32,000 bases of DNA from an uncultured Methanosarcinales archaeon. Lineage in GTDB: Archaea > Nanobdellota > Nanobdellia > Woesearchaeales > ARS49. The notes beneath the pieces were generated by a model. The model was not told where the DNA came from, ran no database searches, and saw only the letters and a program-made list of their open reading frames with translations. Shown here piece after piece: positions 1 to 8,861 of this stretch. The stretch spans positions 15,525 through 47,524 of the forward strand of contig CAZCCU010000004.1 in NCBI GenBank assembly GCA_964497645.1, in the 5' to 3' direction. Made by a program: the position numbers and the translations under genes. The first letter of the stretch is position 1. Every line of letters begins with the position of its first letter.

Positions 1-1
1 G

Positions 2-904
2 GGCGTGTTTTTGGAGAATGTTGGCGTGACTTCTCAGCATGTTACTGTTGGTGATGAGATTGATGTGTTTGCGCGTTTGAGGGCTGAGTCTTTTAAGACT
101 GAAAAATTGTTGACTGTTTCTGTTAAGTGTTACGAGGAAAAGGATGAGGATAATATTAATAAGTATGGCAAGATTAAGCCAAGGGCGATATTTTCGGTTG
201 AAGAGTATGAGAGCCAGGATATTGATTGTATTCTTGATGCCTCAGACATCGGTGCTAAGCGTATTGTTTTGGACACGTCTTTTACTTTCACGACAAGTTC
301 ATTTTTGAAGGCTTATTTCATGGAGCAGGACCGCATCAGGGCGTATAAGCGTCAGAATCCTGAGCCTGATGCTAATCCGCTTGACCAGTTTTCGATTACC
401 GATAAGAATCCTGTTGCCGTGTTTACTGGAGGGCCTTTGAAGATTGGTATGGGCGTGGCGCAGCAGCCGATTGCATTGATCAGGCCTGAGGAGGGAGAGC
501 CTGCAGTTGAAACAGAATATGGTCCGACGCTCGGCATTACTTTGGATAGGAATTGGTATGATGGTGAATTGTTGGAAGTGTCTAAGCTTAAAATCATCGT
601 TCCTCCTGGCTTGGAAATAGTTGATGTCGACGGCAAGTCGGTTAAGTCTTGTACGCTCTCGTCTTCTGGAGAGCACGAGTGCACTTTAGAGGGTTCTGCG
701 CTGAAGCCGTTTTTCACGAGGAAGCCTGTGATTACTCCTAAGACTCTCAGAGTGCATACTGGTATGAAGAACTTGGATAAAGGTATTGAGACTTTGCTTG
801 CCGGCGCGCCTATGGCGATCAGAAGTTTTAAAGTTGAGGCTTCATATACCTATAGGATTAAGAAAGAGGTCGGCGTGACTGTGCGCTCGCTGGAGAAGAA
901 ATGA
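2..904 (+). CDS. Secreted or surface beta-rich protein, C-terminal part (ORF open at the window 5' edge); divergent member of the downstream paralog family
   Basis: The frame stays open to position 2. The C-terminal motif FKVEASYTYR matches the xYxY C-terminal strand motif of the next three genes. Its stop overlaps the next ATG (ATGA at 901-904). Confidence 0.6.
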   Translation, partial: GVFLENVGVTSQHVTVGDEIDVFARLRAESFKTEKLLTVSVKCYEEKDEDNINKYGKIKPRAIFSVEEYESQDIDCILDASDIGAKRIVLDTSFTFTTSSFLKAYFMEQDRIRAYKRQNPEPDANPLDQFSITDKNPVAVFTGGPLKIGMGVAQQPIALIRPEEGEPAVETEYGPTLGITLDRNWYDGELLEVSKLKIIVPPGLEIVDVDGKSVKSCTLSSSGEHECTLEGSALKPFFTRKPVITPKTLRVHTGMKNLDKGIETLLAGAPMAIRSFKVEASYTYRIKKEVGVTVRSLEKK

Positions 905-1839
905 GAAAGCTCGTATTTATCCTGTTGTTGCTGGTCGCTTGTCAGATGGTGCAGCCAAGGACAAAAACCATTGACATTCCTCCGTCTGTGCGGGTTGGCA
1001 CGTCTGCTTTGGAGATTGCTTTTGGTCAGGCTTCAACTGGAAACGTTTTCATGTGCAATCAGGGAGAAGTTTTTGTTGAATTGCGCAACACTGGCGCGTG
1101 GGATATTGAGAATGGGCGTTTTACGTGGATTGTTGAGGATCAGTATTTGAAGCCTTTGGGCGATCGGCAAAAGCAGTTTTCTTTGATTGGGAAATCCCAG
1201 TATAATCCGATGGGTGGCCTTAACATGTCTAACAGGTTGAAGGTGTTGAGTTTGGACTTGCCCACTCAGTCGGAATCTTATTCTTCTCCTTTGATTTTAC
1301 AGGCGTGTTATCCTTACAGGACGTGGGCTTCTGTGCCAGTGTGCATTGATCCTGATATCAGGGGTTTTAACAAGCAGAAGCCTTGCAAGGCTGAGCCTGT
1401 TATGTTGACTGGCGGTCAAGGCGCTCCTGTTGCTGTTACGCGTGTTGAGCCTGTCATGCTTCCTTCGCCTGATGGTAACCAGGTTCTGCCGAGTTTTGCG
1501 ATATTTGTTCAGAACATGGGTTATGGCAGTGTTGTTGAGCATGAGGATGTTGAGCTTGCCTGTTCTGGTGGCAAGAGGCTTGCCCGTGATGAGCTGTTGC
1601 CTTTTGCTGAAGTGTATGTCGAACTTCAGGATTCGCCTTTGGAATGCAAACCCAGCCCTGCGCGTATTGAGAGCGCTGAGACCAAGTTTGTTTGCAAGCG
1701 TCCTGACTTGGCGTATGATATGTCAATGGGAACGTTTAGCAGTGTGCTGACTATTGAGTTGAAGTATGGTTATGTTAACACTGCTGCGTTTCCGATTACG
1801 ATTTCGCGGTTGCCTCAGCAGGACCCTTGTGGTTATTAG
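901..1839 (+). CDS. Predicted lipoprotein, Cys-rich two-domain surface protein (paralog 2)
   Basis: Signal peptide ending in a lipobox-like LLVAC. Shared motifs: ACYPYRTWASVPVCIDP, GGQGAPVAVT, VQNMGYGSV and a C-terminal LKYGYV. It is translationally coupled to the upstream ORF. Confidence 0.8.
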   Translation: MRKLVFILLLLVACQMVQPRTKTIDIPPSVRVGTSALEIAFGQASTGNVFMCNQGEVFVELRNTGAWDIENGRFTWIVEDQYLKPLGDRQKQFSLIGKSQYNPMGGLNMSNRLKVLSLDLPTQSESYSSPLILQACYPYRTWASVPVCIDPDIRGFNKQKPCKAEPVMLTGGQGAPVAVTRVEPVMLPSPDGNQVLPSFAIFVQNMGYGSVVEHEDVELACSGGKRLARDELLPFAEVYVELQDSPLECKPSPARIESAETKFVCKRPDLAYDMSMGTFSSVLTIELKYGYVNTAAFPITISRLPQQDPCGY

Positions 1840-1852
1840 CTACCAAAAAGTA

Positions 1853-1860
1853 TTTATAAG
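1853..1860 (+). promoter_or_regulatory. TATA box (TTTATAAG) for paralog 3
   Basis: Its centre lies about 25 nt upstream of the ATG at 1882, which is leaderless geometry. Confidence 0.5.
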
Positions 1861-1881
1861 GAAGTGATTGAAATGGCGTTT

Positions 1882-2814
1882 ATGAAAAAGAGTTTCATCG
1901 TTGTGTTTCTTCTTGTACTGCTGGTCGCGTGTGCGGGTGGTAGAAAGGCCAAGGAGCCTCAGCCTGTTGATTTTAGGTCTGGCACTCAGGGTTTGATGCT
2001 GACTTTTGTTCCTAATCTGCCTCCTCCGAAGTTGTTTGACAGGGAGCCGTTTAATGCTATGATTCAGGTTGAGAACAGGGGTACGAGTACTGTTGGTGCT
2101 CCGTATGACAGGATTTACTTGTCTGGTTTTGATAACACAATAATTACTGGCATTAACACGTATGGTGAGCAGATTCCGATGATGGAGGGTCGTGGTCCGT
2201 TTATGCCTCAGGGAGGAATTGATACTGTTAATTTTAGGGCGACTATTCAGTCGTTGACTGGCAAGAGAATTGACAAGTATACTCCTACTATTCTCGCTAC
2301 TGCATGTTATAATTATGAAACTGTTGCCAGCGCGCAGGTTTGCATTGATCCTAACCCGTTCTCGGCTACTAGCGTGCAGAAGGTGTGCGTTCCTGGCGCT
2401 GTTGCGACTGGCAGCCAGGGTGCTCCGATTGCCGTGACTACTGTTAATGTTGATGCTTCTCCTGGAAAGTCCAGGTTTACTGTTCGTATTTCGAATGTTG
2501 GCGGTGGCAGCGTGTTTAGGTATGGTCCTCAGTACATGGACAGCTGTAGCCCGTATAATCCTGGTTTGGGTTTTGATGAGGTTGATTTCATTCAGGTTGG
2601 TGAAGTGAGCGTGGCTGACGTGAGCATCAGGGAGTCTTGCAAGCCTATGGACAATTCTGGTCATATCCGCTTGACTAATGGCCAGGCGACGTTGTTCTGT
2701 GAGTTTGTTGGCATGCGCGAACAGAGTCCTTACTTGACTCCGTTGAATATCATATTGAGGTATGGTTATAGGCTGAGCATTGCCAGGCCTATTGAGATCA
2801 GGCCGGTTTCGTAA
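1882..2814 (+). CDS. Predicted lipoprotein, Cys-rich two-domain surface protein (paralog 3)
   Basis: MKKSFIVVFLLVLLVAC signal and lipobox. Motifs ACYNYETVASAQVCIDP, GSQGAPIAVT, ISNVGGGSV and LRYGYR. I chose the start at 1882 from TATA spacing; the ORF track begins at GTG 1864. Confidence 0.8.
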   Translation: MKKSFIVVFLLVLLVACAGGRKAKEPQPVDFRSGTQGLMLTFVPNLPPPKLFDREPFNAMIQVENRGTSTVGAPYDRIYLSGFDNTIITGINTYGEQIPMMEGRGPFMPQGGIDTVNFRATIQSLTGKRIDKYTPTILATACYNYETVASAQVCIDPNPFSATSVQKVCVPGAVATGSQGAPIAVTTVNVDASPGKSRFTVRISNVGGGSVFRYGPQYMDSCSPYNPGLGFDEVDFIQVGEVSVADVSIRESCKPMDNSGHIRLTNGQATLFCEFVGMREQSPYLTPLNIILRYGYRLSIARPIEIRPVS

Positions 2815-2816
2815 GG

Positions 2817-2824
2817 TTTAAAAC
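2817..2824 (+). promoter_or_regulatory. TATA box (TTTAAAAC) for paralog 4
   Basis: Its centre lies about 27 nt upstream of the ATG at 2848. Confidence 0.45.
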
Positions 2825-2847
2825 AAAAAAGAGTGTGATTGGTGAAA

Positions 2848-3783
2848 ATGAGGCGATTTGTTGTTGTTTTGATGTTGTTATTGTTAGTCATAGCGTGCAA
2901 GCCGGGTGCTAAGAAGAGTGTTTCTTTGGAGAGTCCTTTTGTCGGAGGCACTCAGGGTCTTGTTCCTAGCTTTCAGGAGTTTCGCAAAGAAGTTTTTGAC
3001 GGAGGCAATGACCCGTTTGATATTGTTGTGAAGTTGGAAAATAAGGGCGAGGCTTTGGTTCCTGCTTCTAATGTTCAGGTGAAGATTTCCGGAATTAATC
3101 CTGCTGAGTTTTCAAAGTCCGAGGAGAGTTTGCTGTTGAATTCTCCTGAGGATGTTATTGAGATGCGCAAGGATCCTCAGGGCGGAGTATTGCCTGGTCC
3201 TCAGGTTTTTGTTGAGTTTACTGGTGTGAATCATAATAGTCCTATTGCTGGAGCGAGCGCTCAGTTCACCATTAGGGCTGATATATGTTATTTGTATCGT
3301 ACTAAAGCTGTAAGCAAGTTGTGTGTGCGTGAGAATTTGTTGACTCCGAGGGCTGGTGGCATTTGTGAGCTGAATGAGAACAAGCCAGTGTATAATGGTG
3401 GCGCTCCTGTTCAGATTGCTGATTTTAAGGAAAATACTCGTGCGAAGGATAAGATTGGTTTTACTTTTGAGGTTCGTAATTCTGGCGGTGGCAGCGTGTT
3501 CGAGCGTAATTCAAAGTGTGATTTGTCCCAGCGCAAGAATGAGAATAAGGTTTATGTTATTGTGAACACCGGGTTGCCCGGATTGCAGTGCACTGGTCTT
3601 GAATCTACAAGTAATGGTGCTGAGGGTTTTGTGACTTTGTATGGTGGCACAAAGATTGTTTCTTGCTCTCAGCCGGTTTCGACGCGTTCTGACTTTGAGC
3701 AGTTGGTGAGTGCTGAAGTGATTTATGATTATGCTCAGAGCATTCAGGATACTTTGATTGTGAAGAGTTCTGGCGAAGAATAA
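2848..3783 (+). CDS. Predicted lipoprotein, Cys-rich two-domain surface protein (paralog 4)
   Basis: MRRFVVVLMLLLLVIAC signal and lipobox. Motifs ICYLYRTKAVSKLCV, NGGAPVQIA, VRNSGGGSV and VIYDYA. The ORF track starts at TTG 2839. Confidence 0.8.
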   Translation: MRRFVVVLMLLLLVIACKPGAKKSVSLESPFVGGTQGLVPSFQEFRKEVFDGGNDPFDIVVKLENKGEALVPASNVQVKISGINPAEFSKSEESLLLNSPEDVIEMRKDPQGGVLPGPQVFVEFTGVNHNSPIAGASAQFTIRADICYLYRTKAVSKLCVRENLLTPRAGGICELNENKPVYNGGAPVQIADFKENTRAKDKIGFTFEVRNSGGGSVFERNSKCDLSQRKNENKVYVIVNTGLPGLQCTGLESTSNGAEGFVTLYGGTKIVSCSQPVSTRSDFEQLVSAEVIYDYAQSIQDTLIVKSSGEE

Positions 3784-4094
3784 TGCACAGGGATGTTTCT
3801 TTGATTATTTTTTACACGGATGATAAGATCTTGGTGCAGGACAGGAGGGATATGAGTAAGTGGGGCGAGGATTATGGTTTTTTTGGGGGCCAGATTGAGG
3901 CTGGCGAGACTCCTGAAGAGGCAGTTGTGCGTGAAGCAAGGGAAGAATTGTCTTTTGAGTTGGAAGATTTTGAGTTTTTTAGAAAGTTTCATCATAAATT
4001 TCGTGACATTACTTTGACTTCTTACGTGTTTGTTGCTCCTTGCCCGCCTTTTTCTTCATTTAATCAAAAAGAAGGGCATGGTATTGGTTACTGA
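3783..4094 (+). CDS. NUDIX hydrolase, apparently truncated or frame-disrupted at its 3' end
   Basis: NUDIX box GGQIEAGETPEEAVVREAREELSF. The start overlaps the paralog 4 stop (TAATG). At 103 aa it is too short for the fold, and the +1 frame continues to 4209. Confidence 0.65.
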   Translation: MHRDVSLIIFYTDDKILVQDRRDMSKWGEDYGFFGGQIEAGETPEEAVVREAREELSFELEDFEFFRKFHHKFRDITLTSYVFVAPCPPFSSFNQKEGHGIGY

Positions 4095-4176
4095 GGACGA
4101 GGGTTTGCAGTTGAAAATGCCTCAAACTTCTGAATACAAGGGCGAGTATGAAATGATGGGAGAAGTCTTTAAGTGG

Positions 4177-5139
4177 TTACGCGCCGGCAAGAACAAACTG
4201 GGCGAGTAATGCTTCTAATTGTACGAATTCGTCTGAGCCTTCTACTAGTCTGAATTCGATTTCTCCGCATTTGTCTATCAGCGAGACTTTTTTCCTTCCG
4301 TCTATTTCTAGATTCCAGATTTCGCTTTGTATTTGTTTGATGGTGTCTAGTCCTGATAAGCCGTACTTTAGCATTATGTCGAGTAGTTTTTCTCTTGCTT
4401 TGATGAAGTCTCCTTTTAGTGCTGTTAGTAGTGCTTCTTTGACTTCTGTTGGCTCTGCGAATGATGCGAGTGAGTAGACTGTTTCTGGCGTGATGTTTTT
4501 TGCTACTGCCGCGCAGCTTTGTAGTATGTTTGTTACTCGTCTTAGGTCTCCTTCTGCTACTTTTACTAGTGCGTCTTTTGCTGCGTCTGTCATTGTGAGG
4601 TTTTCTGATTTTATTATGTGGTTTATGTGCGCGATTGCGTGTTCTTTTGCTAGTTGTTTGAATCTGAAGACTGCGCACCGGCTTTGGATTGGGTCAATGA
4701 TTTTACTGCTATAATTGGCTGCTAAAATAAAACGGCACGTGCTGGTGTGATTTTCCATTGTTCGGCGTAGTGCTTGTTGTGCTTCTTTTGTGAGTGCGTC
4801 GCATTCGTCTAGGAATATTATTTTGAATGGCACGTCGCCTATTGCTTTTGTTCTTGCGAAGTCTTTGACTTTTACTCGTACGACGTCTATTCCTCTTTCG
4901 TCTGATGCGTTCATTTCGAGGAAGTTTTCTCTGTAATTCTCTCCAAAGAATGTGCGTGCTATGACTAAAGCAAGGGTGCTTTTGCCTACTCCTGCTGGTC
5001 CTGTGAACATCAGGTGTGGCAAGTTTTTCTGTTTGACGAACGCCCGTAGTTTGCTGATGATTTCTTCCTGTCCTTTCAGGTCATCGAATGTTTTAGGGCG
5101 GTATTTCTCTGTCCAGATAACTGATGATTGATCCCCCAT
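4177..5139 (-). CDS. rfcS: Replication factor C small subunit
   Basis: WTEKYRP start, Walker A GPAGVGKST, DECD Walker B and SRC motif (QSRCAVFRF). Confidence 0.93.
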   Translation of the reverse strand: MGDQSSVIWTEKYRPKTFDDLKGQEEIISKLRAFVKQKNLPHLMFTGPAGVGKSTLALVIARTFFGENYRENFLEMNASDERGIDVVRVKVKDFARTKAIGDVPFKIIFLDECDALTKEAQQALRRTMENHTSTCRFILAANYSSKIIDPIQSRCAVFRFKQLAKEHAIAHINHIIKSENLTMTDAAKDALVKVAEGDLRRVTNILQSCAAVAKNITPETVYSLASFAEPTEVKEALLTALKGDFIKAREKLLDIMLKYGLSGLDTIKQIQSEIWNLEIDGRKKVSLIDKCGEIEFRLVEGSDEFVQLEALLAQFVLAGA

Positions 5140-5161
5140 GGTATTTTGGCTACAGTGTACC

Positions 5162-5169
5162 TATAAAAA
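5162..5169 (-). promoter_or_regulatory. TATA box (minus-strand TTTTTATA) for rfcS
   Basis: Its centre lies about 26 nt upstream of the ATG at 5139. Confidence 0.5.
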
Positions 5170-5185
5170 GATTATTGTAGAAGAA

Positions 5186-5449
5186 TTATACTATGTCTTC
5201 TTCAGATACAACCAGGAAGTCTCCTGTTGCGATTACTGCGCTGTATGGTATTAGGAGCTCTCCTGATTTGCCTTTCTCAAGCTCTAATTTCTCCGTGTAT
5301 TGTGTTGGGTTCTTAAGAACAACGTGTATAAGTTCTCCGGATTTGACTTCAATGACTACGTCTCCTACTTCGCCAAAGCGTTTTCCGCTCTTGCTGACTA
5401 CTGTCTTTCCGATTATTTGTTTTGAGAACTTTTTTTGATCATCAACCAT
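5186..5449 (-). CDS. PRC-barrel domain protein
   Basis: An 87-aa protein with the typical archaeal PRC-barrel pattern (IGKTVVSKSGKRFGEVGDVVIE ... LIPYSAV). GGTGAT Shine-Dalgarno 6 nt upstream. Confidence 0.7.
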   Translation of the reverse strand: MVDDQKKFSKQIIGKTVVSKSGKRFGEVGDVVIEVKSGELIHVVLKNPTQYTEKLELEKGKSGELLIPYSAVIATGDFLVVSEEDIV

Positions 5450-5527
5450 TGCGTATCACCTTTCTCGAATGATAACACTCTGAGAGTGAGATTGTATTTA
5501 AAGGTTTCTGTGCTGTTTTGGCAAAGA

Positions 5528-5535
5528 TTTATAAG
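5528..5535 (+). promoter_or_regulatory. TATA box (TTTATAAG) for tyrS
   Basis: About 27 nt upstream of the ATG at 5559 and only about 12 nt from the ORF-track ATG at 5544. Confidence 0.5.
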
Positions 5536-5558
5536 ATTAAAGAATGGGTATTGTGGGC

Positions 5559-6674
5559 ATGGATACGGCAAAAAAAGTGGAGTTGATTACTAGGAATACT
5601 GATGAGGTCTTGACGCCTGAAGAGCTAAAGCAGTTGATTGATTCTGGCACGCCTTTGAAGCATTATATTGGTTTTGAGATTTCTGGGCACGTGCATATCG
5701 GCACTGGTGTTGCTAGTGGCTTGAAGATCGCTGATTTTCAGAAGGCAGGTGTGAAGTGCAGTTCTTACCTTGCAACGTATCATGCCTGGATCAATAATAA
5801 GTTGGGTGGACAACTTGATACTATTCGTAGTGGAGCTGCATACTTCAAAGAAGGATTGATTGCCGGCATGTTGTGTTCAGGTGCTGATCCTGAAAAGGTG
5901 AAGTTCGTTTCTGGTGACGAGTTGTATCATAATAACGATGAGTATTGGAGGCTGGTCATCAACATAGCAAAGCATACTACCATGAACCGTGCGATGCGCG
6001 CTACAACAATTATGGGTAGGCAGAATGCTGGTGAAATGCCTCTTGCTTGGCTGATGTACACTCCTATGCAGGTCGCTGATATTTTCATTCAGGATGTGAA
6101 TCTCGCGCATTCTGGCATGGATCAGAGGAAAGCGCACATTATTGCGCGCGAGGTTGGTTTGAAGGCAAATGTTGAGGGTAAAAAACCATACAAGCCTGTT
6201 GCGATTCATCATCATTTGTTGCTTGGATTGCAGAAGCCTGCTATTTGGCCTGTGCCCAAGGAGCGTTTGCAGGAATTGTGGACTCAGATGAAAATGTCTA
6301 AGAGTGTGCCTGGCAGCGCCGTTTTCATTCATGACGAGCCTGATGTTGTAAGACAAAAAATTAATGGCGCATTTTGCCCTGAGGGCGTGACTGATTTTAA
6401 TCCTGTGCTTGATTGGGCCAAGCATTTGATTTTTGTGAAAGAGAAGGCGAAGTTGGATATCGAGCGCCCTGCGAAGTTTGGTGGCAATGTTACATTTGCA
6501 GATTATGGTGCGCTTGAAGGCGCATTCGCAGCGAAGAAACTGCACCCTATGGATTTGAAGAAGGCCGTGGCTGAGGCTGTTGTTGAACTGCTCGAGCCTG
6601 CGCGGAAGCATTTTGCGAAGCCAAGGGTGAAGAAGTTGAAAACCGAGATGGATTCTTTTGTTGTTACAAGATGA
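5559..6674 (+). CDS. tyrS: Tyrosyl-tRNA synthetase (archaeal type)
   Basis: Collinear by eye with archaeal TyrRS: MDxxxxxELITRNTDEV N-terminus, YIGFEISGHVHIG (HIGH region), PMQVADI, GMDQRKAH, KMSKS and a C-terminal KLHPMDLKKAVAE. Start chosen at the second ATG. Confidence 0.88.
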   Translation: MDTAKKVELITRNTDEVLTPEELKQLIDSGTPLKHYIGFEISGHVHIGTGVASGLKIADFQKAGVKCSSYLATYHAWINNKLGGQLDTIRSGAAYFKEGLIAGMLCSGADPEKVKFVSGDELYHNNDEYWRLVINIAKHTTMNRAMRATTIMGRQNAGEMPLAWLMYTPMQVADIFIQDVNLAHSGMDQRKAHIIAREVGLKANVEGKKPYKPVAIHHHLLLGLQKPAIWPVPKERLQELWTQMKMSKSVPGSAVFIHDEPDVVRQKINGAFCPEGVTDFNPVLDWAKHLIFVKEKAKLDIERPAKFGGNVTFADYGALEGAFAAKKLHPMDLKKAVAEAVVELLEPARKHFAKPRVKKLKTEMDSFVVTR

Positions 6675-7702
6675 AGCTTCGCGAATTTCAGAAACACTTG
6701 CAAAATGAAGAGATCGATGTCGCTCTTTTCTTTAATGATGATTCGAACCTGACTTATTTTTCTGGTGTCAGGCCTGAGATGGCTTGTCTTGCCGTCCCGT
6801 CTTCTGGAGAGTCTTTGTTGTTCGTTCCTGGTTTTGAGGCCGCGCGTTTTTCAAAGGCGTCTTCTGTTAATGTTTTCCAGGTTGGTCGTGATTTTTTGAA
6901 GGATGTGAGAAAGGAATTTCCAGGAGCTGTTGTAGGTATTGTTCCGGATGCTGTTTCTTTTGATTTGGCGAATAAGGTGAAGAGTGAATGGAAGTGCGGG
7001 TTTTCTAGTGTTGAGGATAAGTGCAGGGACTTGCGTGTCGTGAAGACCAAAGAGGAAATTTTGCGGACTGTGCAGGCCTGCAGGACAACTGATTTGTTGT
7101 TTGAGGAATTGTGCGATAATCTGAAGTCTTTTAAGACTGAGTTGGATGTTGCGGCTTTTTTGAAGTCGCGGATGTGTTTGCTTGGAGTCGAGCCTAGTTT
7201 TCCTCCGATTGTCGCGTCTGGCGCGAATGGCGCAACGCCTCATCACGTTCCAACAGCTGCTAGGCTTTCTGGCTTTGTGGTGCTTGATTTTGGGATTATC
7301 CTCAATAATTATTGTTCCGATATTACTCGGACTGTTTTTGTCGGCAGTCCATCCTCTTCAGATAGAAGAGTTTATGAGAGATTGCTGAAAGTGCAGGAGG
7401 AATGTATTAAGAAGGTTATGCCTGGCGCTAAGTTTGAGCAGATAGATGAGTTTGCTCATAAAAAAGTTGGAACGGCGATGATTCATCGTGTTGGTCATTC
7501 TTTGGGTATTGATGTTCATGATGTTCAACCTCGTCCGTGGACTTTGCAGGCTGGGAATATTGTTACGATTGAGCCTGGAACGTATCACAAAGGAAAGTTT
7601 GGTATTCGTATTGAGGATGATATTCTGGTGACTGAGGAGGGTCCGGCAGTTTTGACGCGGTCGCCGAAAAGTTTGGTCGATAGTTTTAAATACCATTGTT
7701 AG
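6671..7702 (+). CDS. pepQ: M24-family Xaa-Pro peptidase
   Basis: Metal-ligand motifs DFG...CSDITRT, HRVGHSLGIDVHD, TIEPG and RIEDD. ATGA overlap with tyrS. Confidence 0.85.
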   Translation: MKLREFQKHLQNEEIDVALFFNDDSNLTYFSGVRPEMACLAVPSSGESLLFVPGFEAARFSKASSVNVFQVGRDFLKDVRKEFPGAVVGIVPDAVSFDLANKVKSEWKCGFSSVEDKCRDLRVVKTKEEILRTVQACRTTDLLFEELCDNLKSFKTELDVAAFLKSRMCLLGVEPSFPPIVASGANGATPHHVPTAARLSGFVVLDFGIILNNYCSDITRTVFVGSPSSSDRRVYERLLKVQEECIKKVMPGAKFEQIDEFAHKKVGTAMIHRVGHSLGIDVHDVQPRPWTLQAGNIVTIEPGTYHKGKFGIRIEDDILVTEEGPAVLTRSPKSLVDSFKYHC

Positions 7703-7715
7703 TGTTTTCTTAGCG

Positions 7716-8861
7716 ATGGCTGACAAGGATAACAGCACGACGAAGGACAGTGTTTCGTTTGGATACCAGACTGATGTGTCTGGACTTGAGGAAGAGAACC
7801 GTTTCTTGCGTGAGAGTGTTGAGAATCTTGAGCGTGAGCTTGAGAAGTTCAAGCGTACTCCTTTGATTGCGTGTGAAGTGCGTGATTTTGTTGATGGCAA
7901 GGCTTTGATTAGGCTACCGAATGGCAATGAGTTTTTGGTTGAAGTTAATGAGGGTTGCGTGAAGCTTGCTGTTGGCGATATGGTCTTGGCAGAGCAGAAG
8001 AACCTGACCGTTGTTAAAAAGATGCAACAGGTCAGGAAGTTTGATGCTGATAAGTTTGTGATTATTGAGAAGCCTACGATTTCTTGGAAGCAGGTTGGAG
8101 GCTTGCAGGATCAGGAGAGGGAGATTAAGGAGGTTATTGAGCTTCCTTTGCTGAAGCCTGCTTTGTTCAAGAAGGTTGGTATTGAGCCTCCGAAGGGTAT
8201 TTTGTTTTATGGTCCTCCAGGAACTGGCAAGACTTTGCTGGCTAAGGCTGTTGCGGCTTCCACAAAGAGCACTTTTATCGAAGTTGTTGGAAGTGAGCTT
8301 GTGCAGAAGTTTATTGGTGAGGGTGCGAAGTTGGTTAAGGAGATGTTCCAGCTTGCGAGGGAGAAGGCGCCAAGTATTATTTTCATTGATGAGCTTGATG
8401 CGATTGCTGCTGTCAGGGTTGATATTGGTACTTCTGGCGAGCGTGAAGTTCAACGTACGTTTATGCAGTTGCTGGCTGAGATTGATGGGTTTGACCCGTT
8501 GGATAATGTGAAGATTATCGGCTGCACTAACAGGAAGGATATTCTTGATCCCGCCATTACCAGGCCTGGAAGGCTTGACAGGCTGATTCATGTGCCCCTG
8601 CCTAACGAGGAAGCGCGAAGGGAAATTTTCAAGATTCATACGCAGAAAATGACGATTGGCAGGATTAACATGGATAGGATGATTAAGATGCTTGATGGCT
8701 TTAGCGGTGCTGAGATTAAGGCTGTTGCTACTGAGGCTGGTTATTTCGCGATTCGTGAGAACAGGACGAAGATCAAGGAGCAGGATTTCATACAGGCTGT
8801 GCGGAAAGTCGCTGCTGAAGTTGACATTGAAGGCGAAGATTATCTCAAGATGTTCGGGTAA
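7716..8861 (+). CDS. pan: Proteasome-activating nucleotidase (AAA+ ATPase)
   Basis: N-terminal coiled coil, OB segment, GPPGTGKTLLAKAVA Walker A, IIFIDELD Walker B and second region of homology. Confidence 0.92.
   Translation: MADKDNSTTKDSVSFGYQTDVSGLEEENRFLRESVENLERELEKFKRTPLIACEVRDFVDGKALIRLPNGNEFLVEVNEGCVKLAVGDMVLAEQKNLTVVKKMQQVRKFDADKFVIIEKPTISWKQVGGLQDQEREIKEVIELPLLKPALFKKVGIEPPKGILFYGPPGTGKTLLAKAVAASTKSTFIEVVGSELVQKFIGEGAKLVKEMFQLAREKAPSIIFIDELDAIAAVRVDIGTSGEREVQRTFMQLLAEIDGFDPLDNVKIIGCTNRKDILDPAITRPGRLDRLIHVPLPNEEARREIFKIHTQKMTIGRINMDRMIKMLDGFSGAEIKAVATEAGYFAIRENRTKIKEQDFIQAVRKVAAEVDIEGEDYLKMFG

Noticed and set aside
1840-2664. Very long ORFs antisense to confident genes: 1840-2664, 4169-4678, 5877-6611, 7914-8921 (335 aa, opposite pan), 11001-11609, 19367-20341 (324 aa, opposite DP1), 20579-21076 and 22214-22792.
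   Set aside because: Coding strands here are visibly G+T-rich. Their complements are therefore A+C-rich and poor in TAA, TAG and TGA, which produces long open frames by composition alone. The predicted products are low-complexity (rich in N, K, R, Q, H, S, T and P) with no recognisable motifs, and each overlaps a strongly supported gene.
5476-5488. Short palindromes in 5' UTR or promoter regions: CACTCT-G-AGAGTG at 5476-5488, CTGAAG-GGA-CTTCAG near 14797-14811, and the palindromic TATA TTAAATATTTAA upstream of the EamA gene.
   Set aside because: The arms are only 6 bp, or the A/T-only palindromes are expected within TATA boxes. They are too short to distinguish from chance.
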